Positions 50,231-62,575 of a DNA stretch of 64,000 nucleotides are shown one piece after another. The first letter of the stretch is position 1. Every line of letters begins with the position of its first letter. Both the position numbers and the translations under genes were made by a program. The stretch lies in the NCBI RefSeq assembly GCF_006345805.1, contig NC_043003.1, forward strand, positions 48,236,001 through 48,300,000. The letters are read 5' to 3'. The DNA is from Octopus sinensis (lineage: Eukaryota). The notes beneath the pieces are model-generated. The model worked only from the letters and a program-made list of their open reading frames with translations. It did no database searches and had not been told where the DNA came from.

Positions 50231-50656
50231 TCATACGTATGGACATCAATACTTATTAATAGGCGTTAATGTTTCACTGTACTTTTGCATGTCTCTGGTT
50301 TCTATAACATTAAGTAATGCAAATAAAATCTCCAAGTTGAACAGCAGACGAATGCAAATCACTTTACTTGCTGTTAGAAATGAGCTTAAAAGTCCAAACC
50401 AGTAATTCATTCAGTGATTAATAGTGCTGCTCTGAATTAATTATAGAGTTTCTTCTAGCATCATTTAGCTAATTGAACCATGTCAGTGTGATACAACATG
50501 ACCATAGCTACAATTCAGTGTTGATAACAAGATAAGAATTGCTATTATCTTGGCTGTATGAACACTGTATTTGTTTGCTTATCACAAAGTTCTCGCTTAG
50601 ATTATACATTTTCCTTTCAAATATATTTTGATAAGGTGTAGTAAAGCATTTTAATA

Positions 50657-50708
<52 letters not shown>

Positions 50709-51129
50709 CTGGACCTGATGGTGTATTGTGCTGTTGCACAAAACACTTTTGTCTTGCAGTGCTCTGCAATCACTTCAATACCTGATGTGTGGTACATTGT
50801 GCACCTGTTCATGTAACATCAATTTGATGGAGGGATGGAGCTAGTGTTCAGCACACACATTTGATCACTATAAATAAATCATTTGTATGCAGGTTGTTCA
50901 GCAAGAAATTGCAGGTGGTCTTTCTCAGACCATGAGAGACTACTATTCATATTTCTTTATGCATCTTTTATCTTTTACTTGTTTCAGTCATTTGACTGCG
51001 GCCATGCTAGGGCACCATTTTGAAAGGTTTTAGTTGAACAAATCGACCCCAGGACTTATTTTTTTAAAAGCCTGGTACTTAATCTATTGGTACTTAAGCC
51101 ATTGACTCCCAAGATGGGTAGTGTAATCA

Positions 51130-51790
51130 CAAGCCGACTAACAGAGAAAGTAGGGGGCATGCATGACAGATTCACTGGAACAGTATAAGCAGTAATCACA
51201 ACAGAAATAGATTCTCTGAAGTCCCCAGATGACTCACTAGAAATAGTTGACAGCTTTTCTTATCTAGGATCTGTAATTAGCAGAGCAGGTGGTTTCTCTG
51301 AAAGTATAGTGAGTGGTGTAAGAATGGGTTGGGAGAAGTTCAGGAAGCTACTATTGCTACTCACAAGAAAAACCTACTCCTTTAGAGAAAAATGTAGATT
51401 GTATAATGCTTGTATTACAACTGCAATGACGCATGGTAGGGAGACATAGGCCTCGAATGCAGAGGACTTGAAAAGACTGGTAAGGAAATGAAGTTAGGAC
51501 ACTGTTGGATGTGCAGTGTAAGAATGACAAAATGCAGGTGTGTTAAGAGTAAAATTGGTCATAAGAGAAATCAGATATTGTGTGGAAGAAAAAGGACTGC
51601 ACTGGTATGGACATGTGTTGCATATGGATGAGGTCAGCTGTATAAAGATAGTGCTGAGGGAACTTGCAGAAGAAAGAGACCTATGAAACATGGAATGAAT
51701 TTTTGAAGGCTGACCTTGAACCTCATGGAGGAAGTGACAAAGGACTTGGATGACTTGCAGTATGTGGTTCTTGAGAAACTTGCTCATCTC
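51130..51790 (+). mobile_element. RTE LINE ORF2 3' fragment (old)
   Basis: LEIVDSFSYLGSVIS..GG.SES...RMGWEKFRKLL...RLYNAC...HWYGHV; parallels 61850-62350. Confidence 0.8.
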
Positions 51791-52441
51791 TGCAAAATAG
51801 ATTCTGGAAGCATATTCAAATTACATCATAGCTCACTTCGACTTGTCAATCATTTGACGCTTAAATTGATCCTAGAAATTTTTCAGCCACTCCTGTCCCC
51901 TACAAAAATTAGTTTTGTACTTAATTAAAAGGATTCATCAATATATTGATTTAATCTTCATAATTCAAGCTAATCCTTGCCTGAATCACAGGAATAAATA
52001 AGGATTGTTCTTAGACATGATTAGTGTTAGTAACATGTAACACACTGCTGAGAATTTTATTGTTTGACTAGTACCCACCTCAAGGTCAAAGACATAAGTC
52101 TGTGTTGGTAACAAACGACATACTGTTGACTTCTTGAATGTTTGACGAATATCCTATTGACAAAGATTTAAATCAGTGTTGGAACAAATATTGTACAGCT
52201 GATTCCTGGAGTTTTGGGCCATTACTCTATGAACACAGACATAAGTTAGTTTTGTAACAGATTACATACAGTTGATTGTGTGAATATTTGACCAGCACTC
52301 TAATTTCCAAAACTAATCTACGCTTTATTTATTTAAGCTGAAAGAAACATTGAATTAGATCTTATTTGTTAAGTATTCTTTTAATTAATCAATTACTTTA
52401 ATCAATTAACAATGGTATTTATGTTGTTTTTTATCTGCTAG

Positions 52442-52582
52442 ACAATGGTGCCTACTTAAATGAGATGAACCAGGGGGAGAGCGGCTATGAGCTTAATGAT
52501 GTTGGATCATCCCAGTTTTCACCCTCACCGTCAGACAGTTTCACAGAACAGTTGATCCAGAACCTTCCCAGCAACAGACTCA
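52442..52582 (+). CDS. Host gene coding exon 2 (141 nt, phase 1-1)
   Basis: Acceptor TTTTTTATCTGCTAG; donor A|GTAAGG; open frame (D)NGAYLNEMNQGESGYELNDVGSSQFSPSPSDSFTEQLIQNLPSNRL; joins the previous exon in frame. Confidence 0.8.
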
Positions 52583-52639
52583 GTAAGGAGACATTGATTT
52601 CGTTTTTATTGTTCTTATTTATTTACAGATGTATCTACA

Positions 52640-53220
52640 TACACACACACACACACTCTCTCCCTCTCTCTCTCTCTCTCTCTCTTCACACACACACACA
52701 CACACATCCACACACATCCACACACACATCCACACACACCTTTAATGCATACAGCTAAGTTCAAATGTATACATACATACAACACTTATGCACAGTTTCA
52801 AATGTGTGCACATACAGCTTCACATACACACCCAAAGCTTTACATGTGTACACAGACACACACACACACACACACACACAAATATGCAGACACACATACA
52901 CACACACACACACACACATAAATTTTCACAAATATGCTGACACACATACACACACACACACATAAATTTTCACATGTACACAGAACTTTACATGTACACA
53001 TTCACATACACACATGATGTTCAGCTTCACATGCATATACACACATATACAAGTGCATGTGTGTGCAAGCACAGACACAAAGACATACACACATACAAAT
53101 TTTTCCATAGTCACATTCTCACAACTACACATGCATATGCAGACACACACATCCACAGCTTCACAAGCATGCAACACACACACATTCAGGTATGGGTGCA
53201 CACATTCATGTTCACTTTCA
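52640..53220. repeat. Compound (CA)n/(CT)n low-complexity tract
   Basis: Degenerate CACACATA repeats, which produce the His/Thr- and Cys/Val-rich ORFs. Confidence 0.9.
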
Positions 53221-53689
53221 AAAGCACATATATACAAAGAGAAACACTCAGAAGTTATTATTACTTGGAATCCAAAGACCAAGTCTTCGCTAAGACCATG
53301 CCACTAATGATAAAAATGATGACACAATTTTAAAACTGGGGTTTGATTATTATTGTTGCTGTTGTTTAGTCTCAGATTAAAACTGATCAAGCAGGCCTGT
53401 GGTCACTAATGCAGTTTAACATTCACCATCTCATTTTATGTTCAGACACTGTGTACCTAGGACTACATTATTAAATGTCTCCAGTTCAATAATATAGTAG
53501 GTGTTATTAAAGATTTGATTGGTTTTTCTAGCAGGTCAAGTGGCTGCTTATAGCTTCCCTTGTTAACCTGCAAATGGCTTATTATTGCAATAGTACTGTG
53601 GAGTAAAAATAAATTGTTCTGAGTTAAAACCTCTACACGGTGGCTTAACCTACAAGAAATAGTGGTCGTGTGTGTGTGTTTGTGTATTC

Positions 53690-54023
53690 TCTTATTTGTT
53701 TCAGTTATTTAACTGTGGCCATGCTGGAGCACTGCCTTTTAGTAAAAGGAATTGACCCCAGGACTTATTCTTTGTAAGCCTGATACTTTTTTTATCAGTC
53801 TCTTTTGCTGAGCTGCTAAGTTACAGGGAAGTAAACACACCAATATTGGTTGTCAAGTGGTTGTGTGGTAAGTAGCTTGCTTACCAACCACATGGTTCCG
53901 GGTTCAGGGTCACTGTGTGGCACCCTGGGCAAGTGTCTTCTACTATAACCTCGGGCTGACCAAAGCCTTGTGAGTAGATTTGGTAGACGGAAACTGAAAG
54001 AAGCTCGTCGTATATATGTGTAA

Positions 54024-54063
<40 letters not shown>

Positions 54064-54394
54064 TTTATTTAAAAGCAGCAGAAATTCAACAAAACCTGAT
54101 ACTCAGAGTTTCACATTCCTGTTTGTCAGACAGTTTTGTTAAAATATATATATATATATATAATATATATAATGTGTGTGCATGTGTTTGTGCATTTGTG
54201 CTTGTCCTCCAACATCGCTTGACAACTGATGGTGGTGTGTTTACGTCCCCGTAACTTAGCGGTTCAGCAAAAAGAGACCGTTAGAATAAGTACTAAGCTT
54301 ACAAAGAATAAGTCCTGGGGTTGATTTTCTCGACTAAAAAGGCAGTGCTCCAGCATGGCTGCAGTCAAATGACTGAACAAGTAAAAGAATAAAA

Positions 54395-54400
<6 letters not shown>
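53690..54400. mobile_element. Rearranged SINE family A locus
   Basis: A minus-strand tail half (53690-53860) is fused to a plus-strand head (53860-54020), followed by (TA)n, a hammerhead mini-element and a plus-strand tail half (54180-54395). Confidence 0.8.
54088..54140 (-). ncRNA. Minimal type I hammerhead ribozyme motif (core-mutated copy)
   Basis: Minus strand AACAAAACTGT-CTGACAA-ACA(GGAA)TGT-GAAA-CTCTGAG-TA-TCAGGTTTTGTT. All three stems are recognisable; CTGACAA is one CpG-type transition away from CTGACGA. Confidence 0.65.
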
Positions 54401-54445
<45 letters not shown>

Positions 54446-54479
54446 AATAAGAAAATGGAGGAACAGATTCATTTCAATC

Positions 54480-55182
54480 ATCGACTTACAGATATTACCA
54501 ATTCATATTATTTATTAACTACATAAATAGGAACATCCAAATCCAACAAAACAAAACAATATACATCAATATGTAAGATAATAATACCATAAGAATAATA
54601 CACATAAAATGGATCTTACAGCTGTTTCAGCCTGTAGATAAAGGTTTTGTATTCACAAAGCCAAAGCCTAGTGGACAGCTCATCAGACTTTATACAACGA
54701 CAAAAAATTTAAACTTTCCGTGTCGCAGACGTGAGGAAACACTCAGAAATCGAGATTTAAGTCTTAACATATAAAACCATTATTGAAGATGGGTTGTTTC
54801 CTCTGAAACAGAGGATAAAATAACTCTTATAGCCCTGCAAAGCCTAACCAGCAAACAGGGTGATCCAGTTTTCTAGTTGGTAGTGCTTCAAGTGGACACA
54901 TTTAGAGAAAACCTCTTTATAACTATTATAATGCGCCATGTTTAGTATATAGTCCTTAAAAATTTTGGCTCTTTCCAAGATCCAGATTTTGCAACAGCCA
55001 CTCCAATTAATATATGGGCCTGGATGATCTATTATTTTCCACTTGATATCACATGGGGTCCCTTGATCTTTGAGGTGCTACACATGAAGGATGACTGATG
55101 GTTGCAGAAGTGACGTTTGAAAGATGTACTGGTTGATCTGATATATTTACAAATTTGGGATGCGGCTATATTCCTGGTATAT

Positions 55183-55190
<8 letters not shown>
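54480..55190 (-). mobile_element. Penelope-like element 3' fragment (GIY-YIG endonuclease end and downstream region)
   Basis: Minus strand KYIRSTSTSFKRHFCNHQSSF...IKWKIIDH...CKIWILERAKI...EVFSKCVHLKH, the YIG..T...R...H and C-terminal SKC.H pattern of Penelope/Neptune endonucleases. Confidence 0.75.
54611..54692 (-). ncRNA. Decayed hammerhead motif in the Penelope 3' region
   Basis: Minus strand CTGATGA-GCTGT...ACAGGCT-GAAA-CAGCTG-TA. Stem III is the palindrome ACAGCTGT; stem I is poorly paired. Confidence 0.45.
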
Positions 55191-55219
<29 letters not shown>

Positions 55220-55397
55220 GATGGGCTTCCTTTCAATTTCCATCTACCAAATCCACTCACAAGGCTTTGGTTGGCCTGAGGCTATACTAGAAGACACATG
55301 CCTAAGTGCCCAAGGTAATGCACAGTGGGACTGAACCTGGAACCATGTGGTTGGGAAGCAAGCTTTTTACCATACAGCCATGCCTGCACCTGTGTGT

Positions 55398-55463
<66 letters not shown>

Positions 55464-55854
55464 CATGTGCGTGTGTGTGTGTAAGCAGGGTATTTGGGCT
55501 AAATTTGACAGTTTGCATAAAAGGAGAAGAAAACACAATATCCCACCCAAAAATGAAAGCCTTTTATAAAATCAAAAAAATCAACAAGATTATAGTTGGG
55601 AGATAACAGTTTACTCAAAGTAGTTGCCCTTACCTTCCACTATGGCCTCAAGGTGCCACAGAAACCTGGCATGTGTTCCTGAGAAAATCTATGAATACCT
55701 CCTTGATCTTGGTCACTAGCTTGGTCTTGGTGTCTTTCTCAGCTATGCCTCATAGATAGTAATCCATAGGATTACAATCAGAGGAATTAGGAGGCCAAAA
55801 ATTAAGACTGGTAAAGTTGTAGAAATTCTCCAACAACCACTTCTGACTGTTTCT

Positions 55855-55925
55855 AGGAGCCAAATGTCAGGAAGCCAAATGTCAGGAAGCCAAATGTCAA
55901 GGAGCCAAATGTCAAGGAGCCAAAT
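55855..55925. repeat. 15-bp tandem repeat, about 4.7 copies
   Basis: AGCCAAATGTCAGGA / AGCCAAATGTCAAGG units. Confidence 0.9.
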
Positions 55926-56995
55926 CCTGTTGCTATGCATATGGCCTTCTAGCAGCAACCCTCTCCAGCCAAGGTTTGATCACAGTCTCCAGATGCTTCA
56001 CAGCCATCTGATTTGCCATCTGTCTATGCTTCACATAGCCATCTGAATAGCCATCTGCCTAAGGTATTGTTCTGTATTTACTGGATGAATTCCCATGTGC
56101 AGACACAGTCAGAGTGGCTGCTGTATCCCTTCATGCAGGCCACAGCTTCAGTCACCATAGCAGCTGTCCATATCACATCTTACAGCATTTCAAAGAGCAT
56201 TGAACATTAGTAATGTTGTTGACATTTTGATACCTGGTGCAGGTAACTCATGATACAGGTAACTCTTTTCCAATATTCAGATGGCTTCCCATCCTCCATG
56301 ACAGCTAGCTTTTTCTCAACTACAACTTTAATTTTTATGCTCTCCAATGCCATGGACTTTTCACCAATACATCAAGCTATTCCTGGAAAAAAAAACCCAC
56401 AAAAAAACTATCAAAATTTGCCTGAAAATCCTGTATACACACCCATACATACTAACACACACACACACACATGTTTATAGATTCATGCATACATGTGCAG
56501 ATTTGTAAATGCATACATGTGAGTATAGATGTATATACATACATGCATACATTATACATGTGTATGTGTGTGTCTGTATGTGTTGAAAATAATCAACTTG
56601 GAGGGATTGAAGCGTTTATCATTTAAAGTGGCCACATGCAGCCCAAATATTCTATCTGTTGTATGTTCAAACCAGCCACATCCAGCTTCTCACACCTACC
56701 CAAAATTGTCATTCTAAAAATAAAGTCAAAATAGTTGAAATATCAAGACTGCAAGATAATGCATGATTAATTTAAAACAATGTGAATAAATTAGCATTAC
56801 ATTTGACAAAATAATCTAGATGCTAAATGGTTAATAAACTAACTTTCATTATATTTAAATTGCTGTTTGGAATATAAATTAACAAAAGACTCTGACATAA
56901 AAATTATGATAGATGGTTTTAACCCTTTTCCTGATCTGTGTATCACATATAATACATAGGACATATTACCCTGGTATCCATGCATCATTTGATAC

Positions 56996-57540
56996 ACACG
57001 TTTCACTGCCATATAATAACATTGATTCAACAGTTACAATGAACAGCTTGGTTTTGATTTGCCTGGGCAATTTGGAGTTCCAGATTTTTAGTTTGTGACA
57101 GGCTATTCATGCCTTCCTGATCTTGATGTCTGCTTCTGAATTGCTCACCCAAGAAATTATCAAATGGGCTAAATGGAAGATATACAAGAATGCTATGAAT
57201 GGCCCTAAATGTGAAATGGCAGCAACTCATAACAAATGAATGCCTTTATGGAAACCTGCCAAAAGTTAGCAAGAAGATTGGGCAAAGACAGCTGCAACTA
57301 TCTGGTCACTATGTGTGCCACCCTGAAGTGGAAGCATCCAAATTAGTTTTGTGGAACCCACTTCATGGTGATGTAAGAAGAAGAAAATGTTGTCACACTT
57401 AAGACAACTTGATTGCAGACACTGGCCTGGTATGTGTCCAGGTCCTTGAAGTAGTGATGATGGACTGAGAAATGAGGCAGCCAGACTATATTGCTGCTGC
57501 ACAGGTTGGAACCAGGCCATAATAATAATAAATATGATGT
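56996..57540 (+). mobile_element. RTE-type LINE fragment with inverted 5' segment
   Basis: 57151-57500(+) KKLSNGLNGRYTRML.MALNVKWQQ..TNE.LYGNLPKVSKKI.QR.LQLSGH; 56996-57153(-) LG..NSEADIKIRKA...KLKIWNSKLPRQIKTKLF..TVESMLLYGSET. Confidence 0.75.
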
Positions 57541-57843
57541 ACATTCCCAATTTCATTCAGTTACCAGAGTAACTTGGGGACTTATGAAAGAAAAGCTTTA
57601 TATTTCTCAGAACATCTTAAATAAGGCCTAACTACAAGTCTGAAAACAAGCTTGGATGTTTAGGACAAAATTATGCAAATAATTTGGACAGTCAAAGGGT
57701 TAATTTAAATTTGAATATTTCAAAATGAGTTGTTTGTATTGTGGGAACAAGTTAGTCCTTGATGGTTTGGTATTAAAAGAGTTAAACTCATATTCATAAT
57801 GTCTTTGCAGCTTTGTCTACTAATTAAAAAAAATTTTTTCTAG

Positions 57844-58096
57844 TGACTGAACTTACAAAAGCAAAAGAGGGAACACTAAGATCCAGATCAACAGGTAGCA
57901 CTATGAGAAAACGAAAAACTTTCCGATCAAAATCTTTGATGTATAAAACTGTGAGGATGCGACAAAAAGCAACCAGTGAGGACATTCTGCAGAAGTTAGA
58001 ATCTGATGAACTAATAGACGATGGATACCTAACAAGTGATGGCAAAGAAGCATTAAACGCCATGCCAGTGAATCTAAGCAATAAGCGAGAAGTCAT
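57844..58096 (+). CDS. Host gene coding exon 3 (253 nt, phase 1-2), TMC-like N-terminal region
   Basis: Acceptor TTTTTTCTAG; donor AT|GTAAGA; open frame (M)TELTKAKEG...KEALNAMPVNLSNKREV. The ending resembles the remembered TMC7 segment LRNYALNISEKRRL. Confidence 0.8.
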
Positions 58097-59343
58097 GTAA
58101 GATTGAGAACATTTTTTATTAATATGTTATTGGGATGAAGTGGTGAGAAAGGATCTTCAGACATTGAACCCCACAGAGGGGTTGACAGGGGACCAAGGTT
58201 TCTGAGTTTGCTGTGCTTGAGAAGACACATCAAGCTAAGTAAATTCGAGGTTGTCCTTACATACAGGCATGTCCTTTGCATCCTTCTTCAGCTGAGCATT
58301 TCTAATCTTGTGGGCCTGCGGGTGCTGGTGTCACATAAAAAGTGCCCATACTGGTGCCATGTAAATGCACCCATGCAGGTGCTGCATAAGAGCAGTCAGT
58401 ACATTCTGTTAAGTGGTTGGGGTTAGGAAGGTCATCCAGCCATAGAAAGCATACCAAAACAGACATGGAACCTGGGCAGCTTTTCAGCTGGCCAGCTCCT
58501 TTTAAACTATCCAACCCATGCCAGCATGGAAAACAGATGTTAAACGATGATGATGATGATAATTTTATTAATACATATGTATGAGTGAACAAAAAGATGT
58601 AGCACTCAACCTGAGGATCAGTATGTATATATGTGTGTGTGTGTGTACATTAATTTTTACCAACCACCTGCTTGGAAGCAAGGCTGTGAAGGAAAGCGCC
58701 ATGTTTTAGAAATATTACATTTCTAAATCTCTTACAGAGATTTATAGAGTAGCAGCACGATAAAGTGGTGGTATGTTGTTCATCATCCTTTGAATCTTAA
58801 GAAGGTCTTGCAGATTTTTATTGTCCAAGATATTGTGATCATTTGTGCTGTATGAAGTAAGGGGTGACCTTCTCTCTCCAAAACAACAAGTTCAATTACA
58901 CTTTGCTCTATGTGGGTTGGTACATCTGTATGTATAGCTGGATGCATGTATGTAAGCCCACATGTATCCATCCATCCATCCATCCATCTATATATATCTG
59001 TCTCACTCTCTCTCTCTCTGTTCCGATAACCACTTGCTTTTCCAACACTCCCCCCTCCTCCATCACCCTACCCCATATAAACTAGTGCACACACTCAGAT
59101 TCTGCTACTTCATTTTAATAACTTCTCCAAAAGAATACAAATCCAGAAGATGCTCTTCTCTAATTTTGCGGTACGCCTGCCCTCCAACTGCCACCACCTG
59201 TACTGGAAGTCACTATCCTCTGTCATTTTTTGGTCATCTCCCATGAACACTTCTAAAGGCTTAATGCCGTCTCGCCCCTACTTGGGGTTTATCTCCTATG
59301 TAAGGTAGTGATCATATAGCACATAAAAATGATGGTGTAGTGT

Positions 59344-62300
59344 ATGCAGGCTGAAGGCTATTGTTTGTTTATGAATTCTGCCAAATGCGAGCTTTCTTTT
59401 CAGGTACATGACACTGCTGTCCCCCATCCCAGGGCCTCATGGGCCCACACCTCCCACAACCTCAGGGTTGGCACACTCAACGTGGGCACTCTGAAAGGTA
59501 GATCTGGTGAGATTATTGAGATGCTTGAACAGAGACATGTAGAGTTGTGCTGCATCCAAGAAGTAAGGTGGAGAAGAGGTTCCGTTAGGTTCCTCACAGG
59601 CAAAGAACATTGGTACAAGATTTTCTGGGCAGGGAACACTGATGAGGTCAGAGACATGGGTATACTTCTTGCAGAGAAATGGGTTGATAAAGTAATCAAG
59701 GTAGTCAGGGTCTGTGATAGAATATTTAAGATTAGATTAGTGCTACATCATGGGCTAGCAACCACTGTCCCGGCCTATACCTCGGGCTACCTGATGGACA
59801 GAAAGACAGATTTTATGACACTCTCTTGCAGACTACCTTGTTGATGAATAACAGGGACCTTCTCTTTGTGGCTGGTGACTTCAATAGATATGTTGGACAA
59901 CATGCAGGTGGTTTCCATGGCATACATGGAGGCTATGGTTTTGGTTCCTGCAGTGAGGAGGGAACCAGGCTGCTGGAGTTCTGCAATGCAAATGATCTCA
60001 TGGTTTGCAATACTAACTTCAGGAAACCTACCAGTCACCTAGTCACCTACCGATCAGGCTGACATACTAGGCAAATTGACTACATCCTCACCAGAAAAAG
60101 GGGAAGATGGCTGCTTATAAATGCCAAAACCTTCTCAGGCGAACAATGTACCCCACAACATAGACTAGTAGTTAGCAACTTCAGGATCAGGGCTAAATGG
60201 ATGCTCAGAAGACCACCAGCATGGAGGAGAAGGATCTGGAAACTTAAACATCCTGCGAATGGACAGAGATTTAGAGACGTATTACTTGAAGCTTTTGACG
60301 AAATAGAGGGAGATATAGCATCACATGATGTGGAAGACAACTGAAAGTTTCTACAGGGCAACCTGTTGAGGGCCACTGACCAGATCTGTGGCTGATGCAA
60401 AATCCCCTCTCGACCCAAGGTAATGTGACGGTGGAACAATGTTGTTGACAGGACCATTAGGGAAAAGAAACAGGCTTGGAAGGATTGGAAGAACGGTGGT
60501 AGCAGGGAATTGTATCAGACTGCCAGAAGGGAATCTAAGAGACAGGTTTATTTAGCCAGAGGGAAGCAGATAAAAAAAAATGTGCCAATGTTCTGTGCTG
60601 TGAGGACCAAAGACTGGAGTCGTTTCATGTTGCAAGACAGTATGTGAGAGAGAATTGTAATGTGGTAGGAGAGAAATGTGTTCACATGGATGATGGTTCA
60701 CTTGCATTAGAGACTGCAAAGAGAGAGGTTTGGAGATGCCACTATGAAAGGTTGCTAAATAAAGAGAATGAATGGGAGAAATAGAGTCTGCTGAATGCCG
60801 ACCCAACAGAGGAACCAGCTATCCAAATTGACAGTACCTTGCTAGACAAAGCAATTAAGGGTATGAAGATGGGGAAAGCCCCCAAGCCATCAGGAATCAC
60901 CGCAGAGATGCTCAAAATATCTGGCGGTGTCGGCTATAACCTAGTCACCTGTATAGTTAACCAAGTGATACATGAAGGAGTCATACCCAATGACTGGTGT
61001 AGCAGCACCATAATCAACTGCTACAAAGGTAAAGGTGACGCTTCAGATACAAATAATTACAGAGATATCAAGTTGTTGGATCAGGTAATGAAGGTCACAG
61101 AGAGGGTCATAGCCCAACTAATTAGGGAGAGAGTCAGTTTAGATGAGATGCAGTTTGGTTTCATGCCAGGGAAAAGCACCACTGATGCTATATTTCTCGT
61201 AAGACTGCTGCAGGAGAGATACCTAGCCAAAGATAAACCTCTGTACTGGCTTTCGCTGACATGGAGAAAGCCTTTGGCAGGGTCCCCTGATCCCTTATCT
61301 GGTGGTCAATGAGGAAACTAGGGATGGATGAATAGTTAGTGAGAGCTCTGCAAGCCATGTACAAGGATGCTGTCAGTAAGCTGAGGGTTGGCAATGAGTA
61401 CTGTGATGAATTCTGGGTAGGAGTCCACCAAGGATCAGTCCTTGGCCCCCTCTTATTCATCATAGTCCTCCAGGTAATAACAGAGGAATTCAAGACAGGA
61501 TGCCTCTTGGAGCTCCACTATTCTGAACTAGAGGAAATGTTTCAGGTGTGGAAGCAGGGTTTAGAATTGAAGGGCCTTAGAGTCAACCTAGCTAAAACCA
61601 AAGTTCTAATAAGTAGGAAGGCAGACAAACCATAAATCCCTTCAGGTAGATGGCTCTGCTTGATCTGTAGAAAAGGCATAGGTAGAAACTCCATAAGATG
61701 TACCCAGTGTAAGCTATGGACACATAAGAGGTGCAGCAATATCAAAAGAAGTCTTACTGGGAAGATAGTTTTTGTCTATGGCAAATGCTCAGGTGCTATA
61801 AACACTGAAAATGTGCAGAGAACAGCTTCTGTCACATTCCAGGGAGAAAAACTACGAGTAGTTGATAGCTTCCATTACCTAGGTGACCAAGTCAGTAGCG
61901 GGGGTGGGTGCACTGAAAGTGTAGCTGCTAGAATAAGAATAGCCTGGGCAAAGTTCAGAGAGCTCCTACCTCTGCTAGTGACAAAGGGCCTCTTGCTCAG
62001 AGTAAATGATAGACTGTATGACGCATATGTACGAACAGCCATGCTACATGGCAGTGAAACATGGATCATGACTGCTGAGGACATGTGTAAGCTTGCAAGA
62101 AATGAAGCCAGTATGCTCCACTGGCTGTGTATAATGTTAGTGTGCATACATGACAGTGTAAGTGCCCTGAGAGAAAAGTTGGATTTAAGAAGTATCAGAA
62201 GAGAGATGACTGCGCTGGTATGGTCATGTGTTGCGAATGAATGAGGACAGCTGTGTAAAAATGTGTCACACCCTAGCAGTTGAGGGAACCTGTGGAAGAG

Positions 62301-62575
62301 GTAGACCCAGGAAAACCTGGGATGTGGTGGTGAAGCACAACCTTTAAACATTGGGCCTTACTGGGCAATGACTAGTGACTGAGACCTTTGGAGATATGCT
62401 CTGCTTGAGAAGACCTGACAAGCCAAATGAGACCATAACCCGTGGCCTATGTCAGTGGTTGTAAGCAGCCCACTTATGACTACCCCTCATTCATTGAACA
62501 GTAAACTTTGCTTGTGAAGACCTGTTGGGGCAAGTGAAATCAAAATCAAAATCACTGACATGGCCGATGACAGTG
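59344..62575 (+). mobile_element. Near-full-length defective RTE-clade LINE (APE + RT)
   Basis: APE motifs GTLNVGTL, CIQEVRW, VAGDFN, IDYIL, HRLVV; RT motifs GKAP..SGITAEML, YRDIKLL, QFGF..GKSTTDAIF, GVHQGSVLGPLLF, FHYLGD. Many stops and frameshifts; the YADD region is deleted (GCLLELHYSELEE). The 5' UTR probably starts earlier (about 59000-59250). Confidence 0.95.

Noticed and set aside
50950-54400. Circular RNA of exon 2 driven by flanking inverted SINEs
   Set aside because: Only a short upstream fragment exists, and the downstream copy has a closer pairing partner; sequence alone does not support it.
58690-58900. Old mariner fragment on the minus strand
   Set aside because: Only a faint resemblance to the HP.YSPD region after several assumed frameshifts; not supportable.
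59200-59345. HDV-like ribozyme at the RTE 5' end
   Set aside because: Known for some RTEs, but I could not assemble P1/P2/P3/P1.1 by eye; it needs a descriptor search.
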